From NCBI RefSeq assembly GCF_026210795.1, contig NC_089430.1, positions 1,798,001-1,862,000 of the forward strand: a stretch of DNA of 64,000 nt, given 5' to 3'. The position numbers were made by a program, and so were the translations under genes. Under the pieces are notes generated by a model. It searched no databases. It worked only from the letters and a program-made list of their open reading frames with translations, and was not told the origin of the DNA. Position 1 is the stretch's first letter; each line of letters starts with the position of its first letter. Origin of the DNA: Rhizophagus irregularis (lineage: Eukaryota). Positions 53,265 to 64,000 of this stretch are shown one piece after another.

Positions 53265-55429
53265 TTTTTTCTTATTTATCAAAGAATTATATTTCTATAT
53301 AAGAAGGCTTTTCAAAAAAACTATCTTTTGTAGATGATAAAAAGGAATTTAGATGGGGTTTATTCGAGTTATTTTATATTATTTTTCTATGATCACGTGA
53401 CGAAATATGCGTCCTGATTGTTTTTTCTCGGAAAACGGAATGCGGAGTCAACAGTGAATCGTGGAATTTCGTGGTAGCTTTATATTAGTCATAATCTCCG
53501 TTTTTCTGTAGTGTTTACGTATTGCAGAGTTTCATTTTCTTAAAGATAAAAAAAGGAAATATTTTCCGTGCAAGAAACAGATGATATAAAAATAGATATA
53601 TACTATACAATTTTAAAAAAAATAAATGAAGAGATTCTTTTATTTATTATATATAATTAGATACTATGTATAATTAGATACTATTAATATATTTGTACTA
53701 TAAATTATCCATTATTTTTTCTCAATTTCCCGACACCTTCATTTGATTTTTTTTAAAACTACTAAAAAAAATTAATAATATTCAATTTTTATTTTCACAG
53801 CATACTAATAAAGGATTTTTTTGTTTATAATCAATCAAATGAAAGAAACTAATCTTTTAAAATTGTACCTTAATTAGTTTAATAGATGTTCAGCTACTTC
53901 TACTGGTAATCGTTGCATTGTATCTTTGTATCTTGGTATGATACCTATACTATAAGCTCTATTCAATTACTTTTTTTCATCTAAAAAAATTGAACGGAGT
54001 GCGGAGTATGGAGTACGGAATGTGAAATGCAGGATATGAAGTGTGTTTGATAATATTTTTAAACCGAAAAAACAATTATCCAAAGAAAGAAACCAACTTG
54101 AATAAATGCTATATTTGTGAAAAAGGATTAATCGGAATTAAAAATTAGCTTATATCCCATGTGGCTATGAGATTATAACGGGGAAATATTCGGGTAAAAT
54201 TTTAAATTAGGTAATGCAATAGTGCGGAATATATATTAAGGGGTAAGGTATAGAGTATGGCAATTTTAGATAATGCCAGTTATTACCTATTTTAGTATCT
54301 GACGATTGGATTACAAAATGTCTAAATATTCTACTGAATTAATAATGCATAGCACTGTATGTGGTGGCATGTGTTGCTGACGTATGATGAACCAAATAAT
54401 AGACTAGCAATTAATTAAAACAGAAAATATAAATTAGCCAAAGGATACACAATATATTAATTTGAGATGGATATTGATTAAATTTTGCGTTATCAAAAAA
54501 AAATTAACTATAAAAAGGTTTGTGGTGAAACAAGATTTTTCTTGATCTGTTTAAAGTTCAGCAAATCAAGTTATAGTAAACAAACAAACAATGAAACAAA
54601 CAAAAAAAAATTAATACTATGGCGGCCATTCGGCGTAACTTATTAATCTATAATGAAACTATAAAATAATTATTAATTCGGAAAAAAAAATGATTTGATT
54701 CGGGTATATCTAAAATTGCTTGCCGAAAAAGAAAAGGCCAATGCCGTAGTGCAGAAATGCAATTTTAATTTCTGCATTTCGACGTAGAAAAATTGCTGAA
54801 ATTATTTATTATTAAAATTGGCCAAAAATGCTTTCGACAGCCAACTTTAGGTATACATATACCGGAGATTAAACAGTAGCATTTAAAATTTGTCCCCCTC
54901 CCGTTAAATTACCTGGAGTGCTACGAATAGTTGTAGAGTCCGGTGAGTGGAGTGCGACGCCCCATACTCATAAAATGAGCTGGCCCAATTATCATGAGCC
55001 ATGAGGTATTATTTGTACGCTTCACGTAATTATATTACACACTGCTAAATGATTAACCGATCTTCCATCTAATCTAATTTTGGCCATCTCCCAAATAATT
55101 CCCAAAAAGAGGGTTATTGTAATAACATATTAAAATAATATTTAATCAAATTGTTGCATCTATCGTATTATATTTGTAGTATTCCTTTATATAAACTTAC
55201 TAGTTAGTACCGATTGATTGTTTTGAAAGAACTCGGTTCAACAATAAATACTTACATAAATCAAATAAATTTCTTTATTTTCGTGAATTAAGAAGCTTTA
55301 TTGATAACATATCATTTTTTTTTATTGTAACCTGAAACAAAAAAGCCGAGACCAATCTTACACACTATAACAACATAATTATTCTTATTTAGCCTCAAAA
55401 AACTTTTTTATTTATTTGGGTTAATTCAT

Positions 55430-55680
55430 ACATACTATTATCGACCGCATTTAATGTTGATCCCCAAAAAGCTAATTTATATTCCGAGGAAAATTATCTT
55501 AAAATGCTATTTACTTCAATTCCAAAATTGGTTTTTTATTTATTTAGGTTATACATACATATTATCGACCGCATTTAACCGAAAAGCTACTTTTTACGAG
55601 AAATTTAGATCCCGAGAGAAGTAAGAAAAATTATCTTAAAATGCTATTTACTTCAATTCCAAATTAGGTTTTTTATTAAT
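55430..55680. repeat. Imperfect direct duplication (~125 bp x2)
   Basis: attatcgaccgcatttaa and aaattatcttaaaatgctatttacttcaattccaaa each occur twice. Confidence 0.7.
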
Positions 55681-56221
55681 TTATTTTTTTAAAAAAACTT
55701 TTAAAAATACGTATATACTGTGTAAGTATATTACATTATTATAAAAGTACCATAAACTATAAATAGGATCGTGAAACGTCTCAAAATCACAAAATTTAAA
55801 CAAAGCATAGATTAGATGTATCCAGTCGTACACATATTTTTTAATTTACTATAAATACTGTTTAAAATGAACATCACTTTATTAATGATGCTTTTTATGC
55901 CTTATTGACATAACATAATTATATTTACATGTGAAATTAATGTATAATCACATAATATTTTGATATTTGTGCAATTAGTTTTGAAGTTGTGTAACCTGAT
56001 TACAATTATTTTTATGGTTAAACATAGAAAATCCTCAAAGAGATTTAAAAATATTTATTCATTTAAAGTTAATAACTAAATTTTATTGTATAAATTTCCG
56101 GGCTTTAATTGCAATGAAGGCTTTTTTACGATTTAGTTCATGGGTCTGCTCATGTACATATATGTCTAAGGTTTTTCAAATATGCTTATGCATGTGTATA
56201 AAATCTACTGCAAATGATTTT

Positions 56222-56422
56222 CCCAGCATAACCTGAAAAAAAATGGCACGAAAAATCACGTGAGAATTTTCATCACCGGCGTCACGCCCTCCATTTTTCA
56301 TAAGTATCTAGGAACAACATCCTACTCGTCACGCACTATCCGTCACATGAGCGCCACACTTAATTTCAGCCAAGTTGCGTAATGCCGGCCATTTCGGGAC
56401 ATTTTTTTCAGGTTACACTGGG
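56222..56422. mobile_element. MITE with CCC...GGG termini (CMC-like)
   Basis: cccagcataacctgaaaaaaaatg / catttttttcaggttacactggg; no clean TSD. Confidence 0.6.
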
Positions 56423-58007
56423 TAATCACTATAAATATGCTGCGTCACATCACATTAAAATATTTTAGCAGGTTCGGAAATTTTGAATTGATATCATGAT
56501 ATGCTGAAAAAGTATCTAGTGTAGATCGTTATGAAATACACAATATAAGAAATAAAATAACAAATAAATTAGGGTTCAATCTAAAGTTATTAATATTGAA
56601 TGAATCATTAGAACCAAAAAGTATTGAGGACGGGCTTAAGTTGTGTTGAAACAGATATATATGATATATATATATATATATATTTGCTTCTTTCAAAACT
56701 TCCAAAATAAAAAGTAAAAGTTTGTTTGTTATTTTTTAAAGGTCTACCAAAGCTATGGGTAGGGTATGCTAGAATATGTTTTATCTGAAGCATTATGGTT
56801 ATTAAAAAAAAATCAAATGTACAAATCAATTAACCCAGAAATGTAAAAACGTGGTATTTTTTTTCATTCATTGAAGGAATTTAAGGAAAGAAGTATTGAA
56901 AATATATTAATGCATATGAGATCCATATACGGGTTCGTGTATAAGTTTTGTAATCATTACCTTCAACTTCCGTCATACGTTAGACGAACTGATATGAAAC
57001 ACTTGAAATTTTGGCTGGAAGAAAAAAGCATTTTTAACGTTAAATATAAAGAAAAAGAAAGTTTATCACGTGATTCTAATTATGCATTAGCGTACACTCC
57101 ATTTTGGATTCTTGTCGTTTAAATACCAATTATATTCTAGTATATTGTGTGACAATAATAATGTCACATTATTTTTAACACGCGTGATGTAAACAAAATC
57201 ACAATACATTAATGATGATCATGTGAATTTACGCTTATTAAAAGATGTCTGTAAATCTTTATTAATGGTAAATTTACCAATTTTCAGGATCAATTTTTAA
57301 ATTTTTATAGCCATTTTTAGTAACAACTATCATGTGATAACTAAATGGTAAGATCGATAATTTTACACAGATTAAAATTTGTGATCATGGTCATCAATGA
57401 TGTTTTTTCATATATCCGACATGTTGTCTGGACATCAACCTTTTGTCAACGATGGCTTTCGATAATATGAATTGGGATCGCATAATAACGCAGATGTATG
57501 TATAGCTCACGTGTTAATCTTTATGTAGAGAACAATTTACTATTATATTAAAGGAGTTGTATTCAATTTATTATTAAATATATTAATTATATCACATATT
57601 TTTTCAATATAATGCACACAACACGGACGATACTAAGCTACTTAACTAGGGAAGTTTGGATATTAACAGAAAAAATCATCTAAAAAAAAAAATCTTGTAA
57701 TCATTAAATTAATGCACAAGTATGCATGATCTTTAAAAATATGTTAAGTTTTTCACTATTCCTCATAAAAGACTTTTTAAACAACTAAATTTAACTTTCG
57801 ACAATTTTTCTTTTCCTTCTCACGAAAAAAAAAAATGGAAAATGTTGAGTGAAGTAACTTTTCATTTACATAGTCAGTTTGCACATATAAAATAATTACT
57901 TTTTCCAGCTATTTATTTTTTCTCCAAAATAAACAATTGTTATTGAAATAATTAAATGTCTTACTAAATTTTGTTAGGTGGATGTCGTCATAATTTAATC
58001 ATCTTTA

Positions 58008-58259
58008 TTAGAAGATATATCCATTAAAAAATTGATACACGATGGGATCGTTTGTAATTTGTACTGGTAATTGATTTAATGCATATGTATTAGTTGTAAT
58101 TCTACGCCTATGTCTTAATTTTCGTTGATTTCGACGTCTTTGAAGGATACGATAGGATGACGATGAATTAATGATCATAGGAAATGATGCAGGTTTATTA
58201 TCCATAAAGGACTCTTCACAACAAGATGTTGTACATGAAGTTGAAGTAATATGCTCCAT
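58008..58259 (-). CDS. Hypothetical 83 aa protein with an Arg-rich stretch and C-terminal YQFFNG motif
   Basis: aaaATGg start; paralogous C-terminus to 52872-53264. Confidence 0.6.
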   Translation of the reverse strand: MEHITSTSCTTSCCEESFMDNKPASFPMIINSSSSYRILQRRRNQRKLRHRRRITTNTYALNQLPVQITNDPIVYQFFNGYIF

Positions 58260-58731
58260 TTTGGTTATTTATTTTCTTCGGTTTATTAAAGTGAGAACTG
58301 GATCACAGTTTCTTGATATACTGTATATATTTAAATATATCACGTAAAAGAAAAGTTTGAGAGAGAAGTATAAAAACTCTTCTACCGTACTTTCAAACGA
58401 AAGAGTTATAAAAGATTTGTCAGAAGAGAAAAAAACATGATACAGTATTTATTTTCTTTTTCGTTGCACAAAAATCATTGAGTAAAATTATAGAAAAGGT
58501 TATATTATATTATGGATTTTTTATTTTCTGATTTACTTTTATTAACTTATAGCAAAATATTTTAGTTGAAAAAAAAGTGTTATTGTTTACGTATTTTATT
58601 TATTTATTTATTTATTTTGTTTTATTGATTGATTTATTTATTTGTTTATTATTTGTTTATTATTTACTTATTTATTTATTTACCGAAGTTTATGAAAGGT
58701 TTAATTTTTAAAGTTAAGCTTTTCTTCATAA

Positions 58732-58872
58732 GGCCGCTCCAATTACCAATTTGAGGGGTGGGTGGGAAAAGTCGGGAAATTCTGGAAAATCGTAATTTAA
58801 ATTTAGAGGGGGTATTTGTTTAATAGAATCCAGATTTTTGAAAAAATAGGGGGTAATTAAATTGGAGCGGCC
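58732..58872. mobile_element. PIF/Harbinger-type MITE (141 bp)
   Basis: TIR ggccgctccaatt / aattggagcggcc; TAA target duplication. Confidence 0.8.
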
Positions 58873-60547
58873 TAATGTAATTTTTTAAAAGTAAATGAAA
58901 ATACAACATAGCCCTCTGCCAAATTGGTATAAAAATCTTATTCAAACCCATTTTTTTACTTTATGTAGAATAAAAAGAATTAATTAAATAGGAAAATTAT
59001 ATTAGGTTCATTAATTAAAAAGAATTTTCTACTAACCAAAAAAATTAGGGAGTAATAAGATAATAATTTTCATGGTTTAATCAAAAAATGATTTCAGCCG
59101 TACTGTACATATTCATTTATCGAATATAAATTATTTTGACAGATATTTTTTTTTGGTTTAGTAAAAAAAAAAAATAATAATAATAATTTTTATTTACAAT
59201 TGGATAGTCATTTGACATTGCCTTGTGACTTCCTCAATCTAAAATTATCATTTATAATGAAATTGCACCTTTTTGGGCACGTATTTTAAGAAATGCACGT
59301 TATCAGAGATTAATTTGATAGATCTGAACTTGTAATGACCGGAAAATGACCGGAAAAAAAAGTATTTTTTAGTATTAAATATTTTCTTTAAAACTTTTCT
59401 CACATACGCAACTTAATATTTCCCACGGGGACAAGAACACAAAAAGAATGGCCCAATAAAAAAAGTGACAGCAAATCATATCGGGAAAATTTCATTGTAC
59501 ACTTGTACTGTAGTTATGATAAGACAGACTAAAATATGACTCACTTATGAACACCGTACAATGAAAACGGGTTTTAGACAGGTTAAATTGACGCCACTAA
59601 TTTATTAGATATTCCCATAAATGTGTTCGAATGAATGTATGTTGGTCAGGAATCCAAAACATTGGCGCGTTTAATCGTTATCATCAAACTGGAAATACAT
59701 TCAGTATAAATTATACATTTATCGTACTAATTCTTAAAGGGTTTTTATGATTATTCTTTATCAATATAGTAAAATCGGTGATAGCCGAGTTACTTTCTTT
59801 TATATTCTTTTCTTTTTTATGTAAATCTTATTATTTTCGTGAATTTAACTTCATTGTTTCAATAGGTTTTTTTTATCGTTAGTACTTTTTTACTACGCGA
59901 TTCATTACAATTGTTTATTGTCTCCTCAATTTATCTATTTATGGCATAATTATTTTTTTTCATTTATTGTTATTAGCCATCATTTCTTTATCTGTTATGG
60001 ATTACGTCATCCACATTTCATCTTATTTATATTATTGTTATCGAAATTTGATATTTTCATATGGGCGATTTTCCCGTACATTTTCCGTACATTTTCAGGA
60101 TACTTTCAGTACAATTTCTGTAAAACAAAACACAAAAATCACAAAAGCCCAGTTAATTTAAAATATACATCATATATTTTAAATTTTTATCGATTTCAAT
60201 AATTTTTGAAAACCCGTAATATTTATTTTTCCTATTTTTCCTTTATTTTAAATGTCACGAAATTCATTTTCTTAGAAAAGTATTGATTTACTCTGCATAT
60301 ATGTGCATTACGTACTATTAACCGCAGTATTTTAAATCAATAAAAGTAAAATTGGCGCATTTTATGCATCATCATTATTGACCATTATACTAATTCAAGA
60401 ATAGATTTCGGTTCTGCCCGTATCTTTTTTTTTTAAAAAAAAATGATAATCCCTAAATTAGTTATTGCGTTTCTGTGGGGAAAAAAAGTGAATAAATGGG
60501 CAACTATTTTTAAACAATTATTTCTTAAGTTCTAAAATTAGATTAGT

Positions 60548-60665
60548 TTATTAATAGACAATTAATAGCATATTGAGTAATAATAGACAATTAATAGCAT
60601 ATTGAGTATTAATAAATAATTAACAGCATATTGGGTATTAATAAACAATTAATAGCATATTGATG
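60548..60665. repeat. 29 bp tandem repeat x4
   Basis: ttaatagacaattaatagcatattgagta and variants. Confidence 0.8.
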
Positions 60666-63600
60666 ACATCAAGTAATAATAAACATGCTCATATGATTTC
60701 ACCCAGTTTCCTAATTTGTTCGAAATACAGTCTCGTTTTCTCCCATATTAACTATCTTCAGTTAATCTATATGCAATTTCGTTGTATTCATTGAGATTGG
60801 TTTAGATAGATACCCCATCCTTAAACAAATACGGTATTTTAAAAATGTAATATAAACTAAATAATATGTTGTTTATAATAATAAAAGATGTCTTTGACTT
60901 ATATAAGGAAAATAGTTGTTAACTCAATAAATAGTTTTATGTATAGAATAATAAATACTACTATACATTAGATTGCCAGTATGCAGATACCTTAAAACCA
61001 TGTGAAAATATTTAGGTTTGTTTGAGTAAACATAATAAATAAACTAAATATGTACAAAATTAATCATCTACCAATAATTTCATTAGAATCATGGTACACA
61101 ATATAAAAAATTACATAAACGTTAAAAAAGGACATGAATATGTTACTAATTCCGCTCAAAAAAATTAAACGCATTTCAAATTAATATTTATCATGATTAA
61201 ATCTTAATCTATTTCATAAAATTATAACTTTTAGAAACTTTGAAGAAGAAATAAAATCTACACAATTTGTGTACGAGTGTATTTTAATTAAATTAGAAAA
61301 CGCATTAACTGGAGGTTTTCACCAGGCAAACGTATACGAATCTCTTCGTCTCTATTTATTGTAAATTTTGTCATTAACGGTATTGGTAACATATTACATA
61401 TTACAATTTTTTTTGTGGTATTCTATTATTCCTTGGTTTGTCTCTTAGACTTTGCTTCACAAATGAAACAAAATGGGATCAGATGGTTTTTATCCTAAGA
61501 TATTCACCATATTAGATGAGTCACTACTCACTATATATATCCAGTTATACATTATTGTTATTGGATTCTTATTTGTAGCAAGTATACAGAACTTAACAAT
61601 TTACCGCTAAAGCCGTTATATTAAACGTCACATAAGGATCCATCTTCTAATTAAAATGTTCTCATCTTAAACAGAATAAATATATGTATGTAATTTAGGA
61701 ATGAATTCATATGAGTAACAAGCATTTCCAAAGTACCACTAAATGAATTCGTCTAACTATTAATATCATTCACTCTATGAACAGTTAGTTATTGTCTTTT
61801 AACTAAAATGTTTTAGCCTCTGTTCGTCAAAGCACTGTAAGTATGGAGAGGTTGATATTAAGGAAATCGTCACCTGATTTAACTGAGTCGCACAAAAATG
61901 GTTATCGAAGTTGTGTTATCGAAATCGTTAACAAAGTTATAAGTAAATCGTAAAAATGTATTATCAAATATAGTATAAAAAGGTCTTTTCTGATTTGTGA
62001 TTAAATAGTAATATTTTTAAATATTCAGTTTATTATCCTTTTTGAAATTATCAAGTTTAATGTAAATGACACTAAACAGATACATATTCTTCGCATATGA
62101 AATATTTCTAAATTACAATTGCTTTCATTATTTGTCATTTATATCTTACAGTATATACTGAACAAGTATCTCTTGCTAGTCAATAATAATAAAATATCAT
62201 TCATTCTCTTGTTAATGAAAACTCTTTATAGCAGGATCCATCCGAAGCCCCTACAAAATTAAGAGGTAGAAACATTCAGTTAATATAATGTTTCTTTTTT
62301 TTAAAAAAAAAAGAACAAAAAAAAGTTTCGTAATACATACGAAACTTAGTATTTTCATTTTCCGAAAAGCTCCACCCGAAATCTCTATAAAATAAAGATA
62401 GAAATGTTAAAACAAGATATTTCTTTAAAAAAATAATAATCCGTTTTGATAGATTCAAAACTTACCACTATCACCATCCAAAAATTACCTACATTAAATA
62501 AAAAGAACTTTTTAAAAATAATGTAATGAAAACTTGCCAGATTTTTAAAGTTCCTACAGATATATAAATAAAAATGTTGATAATGTAGTTTTCGAAAGGG
62601 TTTATCTAGGACCCATGTTTTGCCAAATCCTACAAAAAAAAAAGTCTAAAAAGACATGAGATGGTAGGATTATTTTGTTAAAATTAAATTCAGAGGGAAA
62701 AACTTTCCCTCACCATATGACCAAGAGATCTGAAGAATTGCCTAAAAAAGAAAAAAGTTGTTAAATAATTTAAACAAATTAAAACAAAAACCACTATCAC
62801 TCCAAATTCTACAAGTCCAAGAAACCTGGTGAACTACTGTTAGTTATCATTTTGTTAAAATAAAAATTTAAAAAAAGCTACACGCTCCAAGAAAAATCTA
62901 AAAAAAGAAAATCTAATAACAAAAATGGGAAGGAGTTGAACACCAATAAGATTTATAATATTTAAAAAATAATAAAAGTATGTGAAACATAATCTTGTGA
63001 AAAGAAAGTGATTGGCATTCCAATTGAATCTAATAATCAGGATAATGATGTCATTGGTACTGATATCTTTTTCTACGATATTCTCAAGTGGTGGTCTAAC
63101 GAAAATGTTATAGAGAATTTGAGTAATTTTTGAATTAGTTTGAAAATTGAAAATGAAGAAGTTTTAAGTATCAGTCGGTAAGAGTGGAGATTGTGTTAAA
63201 CAAAGAAGATTTAGGTGGTATAAAGGAAATGCGATTGATGACACAAACAAGCAGAATGTAGCAATTTATCAAAAATATAGATAAAGAGAGTGAAAATTGT
63301 TATTAGACTATATAGATATAAAAGTAGAAATGATAGAAAAATATTTGGAAGAATATGGAGCGAATCATATAATCACGTATACGGTAAATACGGTTAAAAA
63401 ATGATTATTTTTTAAAAAAATAGAGACCTAAAAAGTACACGGATATATGATCAAAATATACAATGAAATAAACTCATTAAATAAATTGGCTACTATATAA
63501 AAATAGCTATTTTTAAACTTTTCATTATTTCTTTGTAATTTCAAACTTCTCTTTTAAAACTCTATGGGCAGCTAAATTAAGAAAACAAAAAGTAAATAAA

Positions 63601-64000
63601 GTAAAATTAAAAAAAAAATTAGGTGGGTATTTTTATGTCTAACTAAAATAATCTAAATGACATAATATACATGAAATCAACCGTTGAGCTATACCATAGA
63701 CAGTGTAGTGACGTAGTATACATGGCGAATTTATTAATTATGGGGCGCAGTATTATATTTAGAATTAGTGTATAAATTTTTAGTAGTTTAAAATTGTATA
63801 TCAAATGGCCGAAATGACGTTAATAAACTATCTGATTAGGGGTTTACTTCCGAAAAGACGTTAAACTAGGGAATAAGGAATATCAGGGGATTAGGAATAT
63901 CAGGAGTGGATAGGACTTGAATAGTGAGTCATAACTTATAATTGTAATACGAATGAAAATTAAAGAACTAAAAGATATGAAATTTGACTTTATAAAATAG

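Noticed and set aside
61300..63400. Patches with coding-like composition
   Set aside because: Many stops and no motif I can identify with confidence

Overview
Very AT-rich, intron-containing eukaryotic DNA. The gene content (expanded tyrosine-kinase-like kinases with Cys-rich N-termini, a Sel1-repeat kinase, a Crinkler relic, many DNA-transposon derivatives) fits a Glomeromycota fungus such as Rhizophagus; this taxonomy is inferred, not searched. The 8-32 kb segment holds a head-to-head kinase / predicted pseudokinase pair, a HIT-hydrolase + coiled-coil + SAM gene with a decayed paralog, an intronless very-large-inducible-GTPase (VLIG/GVIN-like) gene, and a kinase carrying 17 Sel1 repeats. 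Together these suggest a fast-evolving defence or recognition locus, which is a hypothesis. The rest of the window has a spliced small secreted Cys-rich protein, a full-length hAT transposon with TIRs and TSD, several MITE/foldback elements, Helitron-type 3' ends, LINE, kinase and Crinkler relics, an inverted ~0.8 kb duplication, and two orphan basic small proteins sharing a C-terminal QFFNG motif. Several genes are broken by single-base indels in homopolymer runs that may be assembly errors. No rRNA, intact tRNA or CRISPR array was seen. All calls come from reading the sequence by eye.
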